A stretch of DNA of 44,568 nt from Bacillota bacterium (GTDB lineage Bacteria; Bacillota; Clostridia; Peptostreptococcales; Anaerovoracaceae), in contig JAEDNK010000001.1 of NCBI GenBank assembly GCA_016302545.1, positions 1 to 44,568 of the forward strand, in the 5' to 3' direction. Shown in pieces: positions 17,728 to 26,725 of this stretch (the first letter of the stretch is position 1; each line of letters starts with the position of its first letter). The notes under the pieces were generated by a model. The model was not told where the DNA came from and searched no databases. It saw only the letters and a list, made by a program, of their open reading frames with translations. The translations under genes were made by a program, and so were the position numbers.

Positions 17728-18608
17728 TGGCTAGAAAAGTATTGACATTAGATCATGTTACTAAAAGATTCGGAGGTCTGACAGCAGTAGGAGATGTGAG
17801 CTTCTCTATAAACGAAGGGGAGATCTTCGGCCTCATCGGTCCTAACGGAGCGGGTAAAACTACGATTTTTAACCTTATTACAGGTGTATATACTCTTACG
17901 GAGGGCGATGTATACTTTGACGGAGGAGACGGGGAAAAGCACGTGGCGAAGGCCGACCCTTACGGTACAGGCTTCATAAACGACCTTAAAAGAAGATTCA
18001 TATTCAAGCCTCATAAACCGTCTGAAATCGCAGAAATGGGCATTACACGAACCTTTCAGAACATCAGACTGTTCAAGAAGCTTTCTGTATATGAAAACGT
18101 GCTTACAGCATGTCACAGAAGCGCATCCTATGGACTTATCGTATCCTTTTTCCCTTGGAAAGTACCGTTTACAAACATAGTCTTTCCTTGGTTCAGGAAG
18201 CAGGCTGCCCAGGAAAAGGTGCTAAACGACAAGACGGAGGAGCTTCTTAAGATGATGGGGCTGTGGGATTACCGTGAGATGACAGCGGCAAATCTGCCTT
18301 ACGGTCTCCAGAGAAAGCTGGAAATTGCAAGAGCTCTGGCACTGGACCCGAAGCTTTTGCTTCTGGACGAGCCGGCAGCAGGCATGAATCCCGAGGAGAC
18401 CATGGCTCTGGTTGATCTGGTAAAGGAAATACGGGAAAAATTCGATCTTACGGTTCTGATTATAGAGCACCACATGGATCTGGTAATGAGCCTCTGCGAC
18501 AGAATTTATGTGCTGAATTTCGGTAAATTCCTTGCGGAAGGACTTCCTGCAGACATCCAGAACAACAAGGAGGTAATAGAAGCCTACCTTGGAAAGGAGG
18601 AAGAGTGA
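17727..18608 (+). CDS. livG: ABC transporter ATP-binding protein (LivG family) with extra insertions
   Basis: Walker A GPNGAGKTT, Q-loop RTFQN, signature LPYGLQRKLEIA and Walker B LLLDEPAAG. 293 aa, longer than the length I recall for E. coli LivG (about 255 aa). Confidence 0.88.
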   Translation: MARKVLTLDHVTKRFGGLTAVGDVSFSINEGEIFGLIGPNGAGKTTIFNLITGVYTLTEGDVYFDGGDGEKHVAKADPYGTGFINDLKRRFIFKPHKPSEIAEMGITRTFQNIRLFKKLSVYENVLTACHRSASYGLIVSFFPWKVPFTNIVFPWFRKQAAQEKVLNDKTEELLKMMGLWDYREMTAANLPYGLQRKLEIARALALDPKLLLLDEPAAGMNPEETMALVDLVKEIREKFDLTVLIIEHHMDLVMSLCDRIYVLNFGKFLAEGLPADIQNNKEVIEAYLGKEEE

Positions 18609-18609
18609 T

Positions 18610-19311
18610 ATGCTAAAAGTTAAAGACCTGAACGTATTTTACGGCGGCATTCACGCTATCCGCGGCATAGATGTAAATGTTAAGAAGGGTGAAATCGTTA
18701 CCATTATCGGAAGTAACGGTGCAGGAAAGTCATCCATGCTCAATGCCATAAGCGGAGTGGTTAAGTATCAGGGGCAGATTGAGTACAACGGACAGCCTCT
18801 TTCCACTCAGGCTCACAATGTGGTTAAGGCAGGAATCTGTCAGGTTCCGGAGGGGCGAATTATCTTTGCAAACCTGACGGTTCACGAAAACCTTAAGATG
18901 GGTGCGTACCTCAGAAACGACAGTAAGGGAGTCAATGCGGACTTTGAGAGAGTTTATGAGCTTTTCCCTAGACTTAAGGAGAGAGAAAAGCAGATAGCAG
19001 GAACCCTTTCCGGAGGCGAACAGCAGATGCTTGCTATGGGCCGCGGACTCATGTCCTCGCCGGAGCTTATACTCCTTGACGAGCCTTCTCTGGGACTGGC
19101 GCCGCTTCTGATAAATACCATATTTGAAATTATCAGAGAGATTAAGTCCATGGGAAAGACCATTCTTCTGGTAGAGCAGAACGCTTTCAAGGCGCTGTCC
19201 GTTGCCGACTACGCCTACGTTCTGGAGCAGGGCGTCATAACCTCCGAAGGAAAGGCGTCGGAACTCATTAAAGATCCTAAGATACAGGAGGCGTATTTGG
19301 GGAAGAAGTAA
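18610..19311 (+). CDS. livF: ABC transporter ATP-binding protein (LivF family)
   Basis: Motifs GSNGAGKSS, LSGGEQQMLAMGR and LLDEPSLGLAP. AAGGAGGAAG precedes the ATG at 18610, so the track start at 18589 is overextended. Confidence 0.88.
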   Translation: MLKVKDLNVFYGGIHAIRGIDVNVKKGEIVTIIGSNGAGKSSMLNAISGVVKYQGQIEYNGQPLSTQAHNVVKAGICQVPEGRIIFANLTVHENLKMGAYLRNDSKGVNADFERVYELFPRLKEREKQIAGTLSGGEQQMLAMGRGLMSSPELILLDEPSLGLAPLLINTIFEIIREIKSMGKTILLVEQNAFKALSVADYAYVLEQGVITSEGKASELIKDPKIQEAYLGKK

Positions 19312-19326
19312 AATTCAAGCCATATC

Positions 19327-19366
19327 AAAACCCGCAATGCAGTCAATACTGCAAAGCGGGTTTTTA
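19327..19366. terminator. Bidirectional rho-independent terminator between livF and the convergent PBP gene
   Basis: AAAACCCGC...GCGGGTTTT outer stem with an inner TGCAGT-CAAT-ACTGCA stem. An A-tract lies 5' and a T-tract 3'. Confidence 0.7.
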
Positions 19367-19391
19367 TCGTGGTAGTTTTTTAATTCATGAT

Positions 19392-22300
19392 TTATTCGAT
19401 GATTCCCTCATCACCGGAATCGTCAGGCTCCAAAGGCTCTGTCGGGTCCGTAGGATAGGTTGGGTCCGTAGGGTCAACAGGCTCCGGGTCTATTATAGGC
19501 TCCTCTACAATGGTAACATCCTTTCCCGGCTCCGTAGGATAAACCTCAGGATTAGGATTATGGAGGTTGCAATAATAGTGAGGAAGTTCTCTCTTGTAAT
19601 CTCCCACTTTTTTGTTAGGTATATAAGGCCTCATAACACCCGATTTGGAATAGGTATTTGAGCAGGACGGAGTGGCAAGATATCCGGAATCAGAACAAAT
19701 ATGAGCCGTCCGGTTGAGAGAGCCCGACTCTTTAGGCTCCGTGCCCGACGTAAAGTATTCCGTACGGGTGGAAGCGCTTGCATCCGTAGCCAGAAGACCG
19801 CTCTTGGTGTCTATCTTTGCAGATACCACATTGGAAGGTCTCTCGGAGTAGGTGCCGCCCTTAGCACCGTCAATCTGACCCATTATTTTGCCCCAGAGGC
19901 TTGCAGCCATAGGTGACATGGATGAAAGCTTGATATTGACATCGTTTCCTATCCATATGGATGCGGAATAGTTTGCGGAGAAACCGTCAAACCATATATC
20001 GTAGCTGTCGGAAGTGGTACCGGTTTTACCGCCGACCTTTTCTCCTGAAACTCTGGCATAGGAGCCTATGCCTTCGCTGACTACTGTCTGGAGCACATCT
20101 CTCATAATCCATGCAACTCCCGGGTTAAGTACCTCTGTTTCAGTGACTGTCGGTTCGAGAAGAACGTCACCGTTCCTGTTTGTAACCTTGGTATAGCAGG
20201 AGTAGCTCTTGTGAATACCGTCATTTACAAAAGTGGAGTAAGCACTGGCCATTTCCAGTGTGGTAGCACCTTTGGTCATTCCGCCCATGCCCAGAGCGGC
20301 CAGATTGAGGTCGTTGCTGTCGCCCTCCTTGACGAGGGTGGTAAGTCCGAATCTTTCCGCTATTTCGTAGGCATAGTCTACGCCAACCTGGGACAGAATT
20401 TTTACAGCGCATACGTTTACAGACTGCTGAAGGGCAGTTCTGAAGGTGTACAGTCCCCTGTAAGCGCGGTAGGAGTTTACAGGCCAGATTTTACCGTTTA
20501 TCTTTGTAGGCTCGTCGTCAACTATGGAAGCCGCAGTGAGGTAATTGCCCCAAAGCTCAGCTCCCTGCTTGTCAAAGCCGTTATCAACAGCCGTGAACTC
20601 CTCGCCCTCGCTGGCAAGATCAAAGCTGAGCTGAAGTGCCGGTGCATATACTGCAACAGGCTTGATTGATGAACCCGGCTGACGAGGAGAGGTAGCTCTG
20701 TTAAAGAGCATTCTGCCCACAGTCTTACGACCACCTATCATTGCCTTTATTGCTCCGGTCTTGTTATCGATTATAGTCATAGCCGACTGAGGCTGGATGA
20801 CCTTCTGTTTAAGGGAATAGTCCTTCGTTGAAAGCTTTTCGCCCTCCTGAGTGAAGAACTCAGGATAATCCTCGAAAAATTTGGCGGATATAACCAGATT
20901 GTCTTCGGAGTCCCTCGATTTGTATTCCTGAGGAATGTTCAGGTAGCCTCCTGGAATGGAGTAGAACTTGTTATCCTCTATGGTGTACATACTCTTGAAT
21001 TCCACGCTGTAGTCGGTAGCGCCCTGAACGGTAGTATTGTATATGAGGAGACGTTTTCCCTTATAAATAGTCAGAGAGCCGTCTTCGTTCTTTTTATATT
21101 CGCTCTTTCTAAGCTTGAAGCTGCCGTCGCTCTCAATGTAGTTTGAGTATGCGTAAAGCAGTATGCCTCCGTTTGGATTTTTTATGTTTCCATTTTTGTC
21201 TTTGGAGTATCCCATAGGCTGAGGGAAGTTGCTGTCCTTTTTAAATTCCTTTTCAACAACAGCCTGAGCCTGTGAGTCCATGGTGGTATATATCTGCAGT
21301 CCACCGTTATATACCATTTCGCTGGCACGATTATAGTCATAACCGTACTCTTTCTGAATATCTTCGATTACCGTCTTTATTACATAGTCTGCAAAATAGT
21401 TGGAAACTGTATTTAAAGCGTCTATGGTAGGATTTACCATGTCCTTGATTTCAGTCTCATAGGCTTCGTTATATTGCTCTTCGGTAATATATCCCTGTTC
21501 AAGCATAAGCTGGAGACATGTTTTCATTCTGCCTGCAGCCGCATCATTCCAGACGTATGCTTCATCACCGTTTTTTACAATAAGGTTTTCGGTGTTTTCT
21601 GTAATATCCGAGGAGGACACCTGCTGAACCAAAGCAAATGCCGTAGGAGCCTGAGGCATTGCCGCAAGGGCTGCAGCCTCCGCTATGGTTACATCCTCGA
21701 TATCCTTAGAAAAGTATGCCTGTGACGCGGTCTGAATACCGTAGCCGAAGCCGAAGTTGACTGTATTAAGGTAAGCCTCCAGAATTTCATCCTTGCTGAG
21801 CTTGCTTTCCAGTATAACAGCATAGTATGCCTCTGTTATTTTCCTGCTGATAGAGCGTTCGCCCATTTTATCCTCAAGGTACAGATTTCTGGCCAGCTGC
21901 TGGGTTATGGTACTGGTGCCGCTTATACCGCCGCCGTGGAAGACAGCATCCTTTATAGCGCCGAAAATACGTATGATATTGAAGCCGTGGTGGCTTTCAA
22001 AGGTCTTGTCCTCCAGAGCGATGAAAGCCTTTTGAACGTGGTCGGGAATCCTGTCAATGCTGACGATGGTCCTGTTTTTATCGCCAAATATATTATCGAT
22101 TATTTCTCCCTCGTCGTCGTAAAGCACAGAGCTTTGGGAAAGAAGACTATAAATGTTATCCGTTTCGATTTTAGGCGCACGTACAATTACGGTAGCTGTA
22201 TATGCCACAACCACTAAGGCAATTGCAATAACGATGCAGATAACGAATTTAAGGGACTGCTTCTTGTTCAGCCTGTATTTTTTGCTGTTTGCCGCAGCCT

Positions 22301-22430
22301 CCCCGCCGCCTGCGGCTCTTGCCAGATCCTCTTCACGCTGCTTCTTGGCACGTCTGGAGCGGTGCTGTACTGTATCTGAATTGCCTTCATTTTTTGAATT
22401 ATAATCGTCATAATTACTCAAATTATTCAC
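19392..22430 (-). CDS. Class A penicillin-binding protein (PBP1A-type glycosyltransferase/transpeptidase)
   Basis: GT51 motifs EDKTFESHHG, GTSTITQQ and RKITE. Transpeptidase motifs SSIKP, SVN and KTGTT. One TM helix (FVICIVIAIALVVVAYTATVIV) and a Pro/Asp/Thr-rich C-terminal tail. The start is uncertain: in-frame GTG at 22430 or TTG at 22421. The track's ATG at 22502 lies inside the predicted promoter. Confidence 0.85.
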   Translation of the reverse strand: MNNLSNYDDYNSKNEGNSDTVQHRSRRAKKQREEDLARAAGGGEAAANSKKYRLNKKQSLKFVICIVIAIALVVVAYTATVIVRAPKIETDNIYSLLSQSSVLYDDEGEIIDNIFGDKNRTIVSIDRIPDHVQKAFIALEDKTFESHHGFNIIRIFGAIKDAVFHGGGISGTSTITQQLARNLYLEDKMGERSISRKITEAYYAVILESKLSKDEILEAYLNTVNFGFGYGIQTASQAYFSKDIEDVTIAEAAALAAMPQAPTAFALVQQVSSSDITENTENLIVKNGDEAYVWNDAAAGRMKTCLQLMLEQGYITEEQYNEAYETEIKDMVNPTIDALNTVSNYFADYVIKTVIEDIQKEYGYDYNRASEMVYNGGLQIYTTMDSQAQAVVEKEFKKDSNFPQPMGYSKDKNGNIKNPNGGILLYAYSNYIESDGSFKLRKSEYKKNEDGSLTIYKGKRLLIYNTTVQGATDYSVEFKSMYTIEDNKFYSIPGGYLNIPQEYKSRDSEDNLVISAKFFEDYPEFFTQEGEKLSTKDYSLKQKVIQPQSAMTIIDNKTGAIKAMIGGRKTVGRMLFNRATSPRQPGSSIKPVAVYAPALQLSFDLASEGEEFTAVDNGFDKQGAELWGNYLTAASIVDDEPTKINGKIWPVNSYRAYRGLYTFRTALQQSVNVCAVKILSQVGVDYAYEIAERFGLTTLVKEGDSNDLNLAALGMGGMTKGATTLEMASAYSTFVNDGIHKSYSCYTKVTNRNGDVLLEPTVTETEVLNPGVAWIMRDVLQTVVSEGIGSYARVSGEKVGGKTGTTSDSYDIWFDGFSANYSASIWIGNDVNIKLSSMSPMAASLWGKIMGQIDGAKGGTYSERPSNVVSAKIDTKSGLLATDASASTRTEYFTSGTEPKESGSLNRTAHICSDSGYLATPSCSNTYSKSGVMRPYIPNKKVGDYKRELPHYYCNLHNPNPEVYPTEPGKDVTIVEEPIIDPEPVDPTDPTYPTDPTEPLEPDDSGDEGIIE

Positions 22431-22473
22431 CCGCTTTCTATTGTAGGAATGAAAACATAAAAACTCAGAACAC

Positions 22474-22502
22474 ATTATACCATATCTTATCACTATTGCC
22501 AA
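22474..22502 (-). promoter_or_regulatory. Putative sigma-A promoter of the PBP gene (TTGGCA-17-TATAAT with TGn extended -10, minus strand)
   Basis: The + strand shows attata at 22474-22479 and tgccaa at 22497-22502 with a 17-bp spacer. Confidence 0.5.
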
Positions 22503-22510
22503 ACACTTTC

Positions 22511-22539
22511 TTGCATAGAAGCCGGTGATGTAATATAAT
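22511..22539 (+). promoter_or_regulatory. Putative sigma-A promoter of comEC-holA (TTGCAT-17-TATAAT)
   Basis: TTGCAT at 22511-22516 and TATAAT at 22534-22539. Confidence 0.55.
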
Positions 22540-22606
22540 GTAAGTAGGAAAATCTTCGATCTAGACGCCTTTTGATATCTTTATGAAACAGAGGAGAGGA
22601 GATATT

Positions 22607-24703
22607 ATGAGGCGAAAATGTTTTTTTCTATTGATTATCATCCTGATTGTGCTGTATGCTGCCGATTTTTTAGGAATTCCCATGGCCGCCGGAACGGAGG
22701 AAGCCCTGCTTTATCGCAGCATCGAATTTACGGGAAAGGTAGTGGGCTTGCAGGATAAGGGTGAATATTTAAGGCTTACCGTAAAGCTTGAAGGGGCAGA
22801 GGACCGCAAACTTAGGGCGGGAGAAAGGGTGCTGCTGAATTATTATGGCAGTGAAGAAAAGCCATGGGAGCTTTTGAACTGTCACATATCTTTTACCGCA
22901 AAGCTGGAGCTTCCTGCCGAGAGGCGAAATCCACGCTGCTTTGATTATGCCGGCTATCTTAAAAGCAGAGGAATAGGCGCTGTTGCCGGTGTCAAAGAGA
23001 TAAGAAGGGAGGAAAGGAGCTTTACTCTTAGAGAAAAATACGAGAGGAAGCTTTGGGAAAAGAAATATCTGTTTTGCCGCAGTCTGCCGGAGAGCAGCAA
23101 AGGAATAATTATAGGGGTGCTCTTCGGGGATACGGCTTTTCTGGATGAGGAGGTCTACGACGGCTTCAGGGCAAACGGAACCGCCCATATTCTTGCGGTA
23201 AGCGGTCTGCATGTAGGTCTGCTATACAGGATATATCAAAGGCTTACAGGAAAGAAAAACAGCATCCCGGCTCTTGCGGCGCTGGCCTTTGTTCTTTATT
23301 CCTACGGTGAGCTTTCCGGCTGGAGTCCCTCTGTAAGCAGAGCGGTTATAATGATTTCTCTGAGCGTGACAGCCAAGGCGGCGGATCTTCGCTATGACAC
23401 TCTTACTGCAATGAGCGTTGCCGCACTTATTCTCATAGCGAATAATCCCTATGTCATCCTTGGTACCGGCTTTCAGATGTCTTTTCTGGCTATTGTTTCT
23501 ATAACCTTCATCAGACCTCTTATGCCGATGAGAATACCCGAAACAGCTGCCGTGATGTTGTCCGTGTACTTAGGGCTGCTTCCCTATCAGATTTATCAGT
23601 TTAATTATATATCGCTGACCTCTCTGATAGCAAATATCCCTATCGTATGTCTGGCAGGCTATTTTCTTCCTGTGGCGCTGCTGGGATTTGCAGCCTATGC
23701 TTTGCTGGGAGACATGGGGCCAACCGTTGAAATTACCGATGCCATGGGCAGACTTGTCTGCTTCGTAAACGATGTGTCCTCTCTGGGAGGAAAGGGCGGC
23801 TTTGATGTAGTCTCACCGCCGGTATCCGTCCTGCTTGCATTGACGCTGCTTATGTTCTTTCTTTCGTCGGAGGCCTTTGAGATAATGAAACTGAGACGCC
23901 GGAGAAGGGGCGTGGCAGCATGCTGTGCATTAATTCTGTCAGTAGCCTTACTATTTCAGCTGTCCGTTTATTCTCCCATATCAGGGGACGACATCGTATT
24001 CGTAGACGTGGGACAGGGAGACTGCATACACATAAGATCAGGAAGGACAGATGTTCTCATAGACGGAGGCGGCAGCGTAAATTACAACCTCGGCAAAAAG
24101 ACCTTAAAACCCTATCTGCTGAAAAACGGCGCATGGAATGTGGACCTTGCCATTGCCACACACGAGCATACGGATCATATCAAAGGACTTAATGAGCTTT
24201 GCAGTGTGTATCCCGTAAAGCGGATGATGACAGGTCTTACCGCAGGGACAGTGATAGATGTGAGCAAAGATGTAAAAATTGAAACTCTGTGGCCGTCGGA
24301 AATACCTGAGGAGGTAGGGCAGGAGGACAACAGCATGTGCTCCGTATTTATGGTTTTCTATAAAGAATACAAAATACTTGTTACGGGAGATTTGGACGAA
24401 AAAGGGGAAAAAATGATGTTGGCAATGTATGAGGGAACAGATATGCTGAAGGCGGATGTGTTGAAAATAGGGCATCACGGCAGTTCGAGCAGCACCTCTG
24501 ATGCATTTCTTGAGGTTGTCAGACCTACCTATGCAGTCATACAGACAGGGAAAAATAATTACGGTCACCCTTCACCTAAAATTATTGAAAAATGTGCAAA
24601 AAAAGGTATAATAGTATACAGAAACGATTACAATGGGGCGGTAGGTTTTTGTTTCGGCAAAAATGGTATAAAATGTCATACCGTCTTGGAAAATGGAGAA
24701 TAA
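22607..24703 (+). CDS. comEC: DNA internalisation-related competence protein ComEC/Rec2
   Basis: N-terminal OB/DUF4131-like region, polytopic competence domain and a C-terminal metallo-beta-lactamase domain (HEHTDHIKG, GHHGS). GAGGAGAGGAG RBS precedes the ATG at 22607. Confidence 0.85.
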   Translation: MRRKCFFLLIIILIVLYAADFLGIPMAAGTEEALLYRSIEFTGKVVGLQDKGEYLRLTVKLEGAEDRKLRAGERVLLNYYGSEEKPWELLNCHISFTAKLELPAERRNPRCFDYAGYLKSRGIGAVAGVKEIRREERSFTLREKYERKLWEKKYLFCRSLPESSKGIIIGVLFGDTAFLDEEVYDGFRANGTAHILAVSGLHVGLLYRIYQRLTGKKNSIPALAALAFVLYSYGELSGWSPSVSRAVIMISLSVTAKAADLRYDTLTAMSVAALILIANNPYVILGTGFQMSFLAIVSITFIRPLMPMRIPETAAVMLSVYLGLLPYQIYQFNYISLTSLIANIPIVCLAGYFLPVALLGFAAYALLGDMGPTVEITDAMGRLVCFVNDVSSLGGKGGFDVVSPPVSVLLALTLLMFFLSSEAFEIMKLRRRRRGVAACCALILSVALLFQLSVYSPISGDDIVFVDVGQGDCIHIRSGRTDVLIDGGGSVNYNLGKKTLKPYLLKNGAWNVDLAIATHEHTDHIKGLNELCSVYPVKRMMTGLTAGTVIDVSKDVKIETLWPSEIPEEVGQEDNSMCSVFMVFYKEYKILVTGDLDEKGEKMMLAMYEGTDMLKADVLKIGHHGSSSSTSDAFLEVVRPTYAVIQTGKNNYGHPSPKIIEKCAKKGIIVYRNDYNGAVGFCFGKNGIKCHTVLENGE

Positions 24704-24711
24704 TTCACTTT

Positions 24712-25761
24712 ATGGCAGGAAATTTTTCAAAAAAACAACATGCCTTCAGAAGCTTCAGTCAGGACCTTAGGGCAGATGACTTTCCGCCGGTGCTGTTCAT
24801 GTACGGACCTGAGGAATATCTGATTGACTGGGCGGCAGGCTCACTGGCAAAACGATATGTCAACCCGGGAGCGGCAGCCATTGATTATATGAAGCTTTTT
24901 GACGACTGTAGCGCTGCGGAGATTACAGAAGCTGCCGGAACATTTTCAATGTTTTCGGAAAAGAAAGTGGTATGGGTAAAGAGCTACATGCCGCTGACAG
25001 CGGTTAATCCGAGGGGGTATACTGCCTCAGACAGAGATAAAATCCTTGATTATATAAAAAATCCTAACGAACAAACAATCCTTATTTTCTCGGCAGAAGC
25101 GCCTGAGGAACGAAGTGAGCTGGTAAAAGAGCTGAAGAAAAACTGCAAAACGTACTTTTTTGATAAGCTGGATTACAGCGAGCTGGCAGCTTTCGCAGAA
25201 AAAAGATTCAGGGCGGAGGGCGTATTTATTTCCTATGAGACTTTAAAATACTTGCTGGATGAAACAGGCTATTTCAATAAGGAAACGGAATACAGGCTTT
25301 TTAATCTTGTAAACGACATAAAAAAAATAGCTGCCTATTCCGATGGGCAAAAGATAACGGAAGAGGATATCTCCGCTACTCTAAGCGGCGATATGGATAC
25401 CTTTGTATTCAACTTCCTCGATGCTGTAAGCAGTAACCGCAAGGACTTGGCTTTTGAGCTGCTTCACAACATGCTGGCTTCCGGAAACGAAGTGTTCAAT
25501 ATGATAGGAATTCTGGTAAATCATTTTGAGCTGCTGCTGGGAGTAAAGGAATTTCGGGAGGATGGCTTAGGAGCTTCGGCGATAACATCAAAGCTTAAGG
25601 TTCACGAGTTCAGAGTCAAAAAAGCCATGGCCTTTGCCGATAAATTTACCGTTGAAAGGTTGAGAAGCATACTTTCACAGCTTTACGAAACTGACAGAAA
25701 CATAAAAACAGGAGCGCTGGAGCCAAATCTGGCTCTGGAGCTTTTGGTGGGGAGGATATAA
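24712..25761 (+). CDS. holA: DNA polymerase III subunit delta
   Basis: 349 aa. YGPEEYLI N-terminal motif and conserved comEC-holA adjacency. GGAGA RBS at 24695-24699. The track start at 24592 overlaps comEC and is rejected. Confidence 0.85.
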   Translation: MAGNFSKKQHAFRSFSQDLRADDFPPVLFMYGPEEYLIDWAAGSLAKRYVNPGAAAIDYMKLFDDCSAAEITEAAGTFSMFSEKKVVWVKSYMPLTAVNPRGYTASDRDKILDYIKNPNEQTILIFSAEAPEERSELVKELKKNCKTYFFDKLDYSELAAFAEKRFRAEGVFISYETLKYLLDETGYFNKETEYRLFNLVNDIKKIAAYSDGQKITEEDISATLSGDMDTFVFNFLDAVSSNRKDLAFELLHNMLASGNEVFNMIGILVNHFELLLGVKEFREDGLGASAITSKLKVHEFRVKKAMAFADKFTVERLRSILSQLYETDRNIKTGALEPNLALELLVGRI

Positions 25762-25765
25762 GAGA

Positions 25766-26674
25766 ATGAAAAACAAGAAACAGATGGAAGCCGACCTGAT
25801 GCTCATATTGGTAACGCTCTGCTGGGGTGTGTCATATTACCTTATGGATATAAGTCTTGGGGATATGGACCCGTTTACACTTAACGCTCACAGATTTTTA
25901 GGAGCCTTTTTAATCGCAGTAATAATTTCGTGGAAAAAGATTAAAACCGTTAACAAGACCACGTTAAAATACAGCGTTTTGGTGGGTATAGCTTTAGTTT
26001 TTGTTTACATAGGAGCCACCTTCGGAGTTAAATACACTTCACTTTCCAACTCCGGCTTTCTCTGTGCTATGACGGTAGTGTTCACACCGCTGATAAGCCG
26101 CATATTCCTCAAGCAGAAGCAGGACAGAAAGGTTTTAACCGCAGTTTTAATGTGCTTTGTGGGTATAGCCCTTCTCACGTTAAAGGATGATTTTTCTATC
26201 AACAAGGGAAACCTTAAGGGAGATCTTCTCTGCCTGATGTGTGCTTTCGCATATGCCATTGACCTGCTGCTGACGGAAAAGGCAGTTTCTCATGAAGAGG
26301 TGGACGCTTATCAGCTTGGCGTTTTCCAGCTTGGTGTTACGGGCGTATTCAATCTGATAATGGCTTTTATAACAGAGCAGCCCCACTTGCCTTCGACTCC
26401 GTCAATATGGGGAGCCGTACTGTTTCTTGCCGTTTTCTGCACGGGAGTTGCCTTCGTGGTTCAGCCTGTGGCGCAGCAGTATACGACCGCTGCTCATACC
26501 GGAGTTATTTTTGCGCTGGAGCCTGTATTTGCGGCAGCAGTGGCAGTTATCTTTGCTCATGAAATTTTATCGGTAAAGTCATATCTGGGGGCTTTCCTCA
26601 TGGTGGCAAGCGTTATAGTTATGGAAATTGACTTCGGCTCAATAAGAAAAAGAAAGAAAGAAGCGGAAGTGTGA
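25766..26674 (+). CDS. EamA/DMT-family transporter
   Basis: 302 aa with about 10 TM helices arranged as two EamA-like halves. Confidence 0.8.
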   Translation: MKNKKQMEADLMLILVTLCWGVSYYLMDISLGDMDPFTLNAHRFLGAFLIAVIISWKKIKTVNKTTLKYSVLVGIALVFVYIGATFGVKYTSLSNSGFLCAMTVVFTPLISRIFLKQKQDRKVLTAVLMCFVGIALLTLKDDFSINKGNLKGDLLCLMCAFAYAIDLLLTEKAVSHEEVDAYQLGVFQLGVTGVFNLIMAFITEQPHLPSTPSIWGAVLFLAVFCTGVAFVVQPVAQQYTTAAHTGVIFALEPVFAAAVAVIFAHEILSVKSYLGAFLMVASVIVMEIDFGSIRKRKKEAEV

Positions 26675-26725
26675 TTTTACATTATAAAAATTGTATATTT
26701 TTATCGTAAGACGAGGAGGAGAAAG

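Noticed and set aside
24592-24711. 5' extensions in the ORF track (holA from 24592, comEC from 22583, ruvC from 32504, livF from 18589, def from 4799, SEC-C gene from 36503, gap from 39633)
   Set aside because: The extensions overlap upstream genes or promoters and lack an RBS. In each case an internal ATG with a well-spaced GGAGG-type RBS matches the conserved N-terminus of the family.
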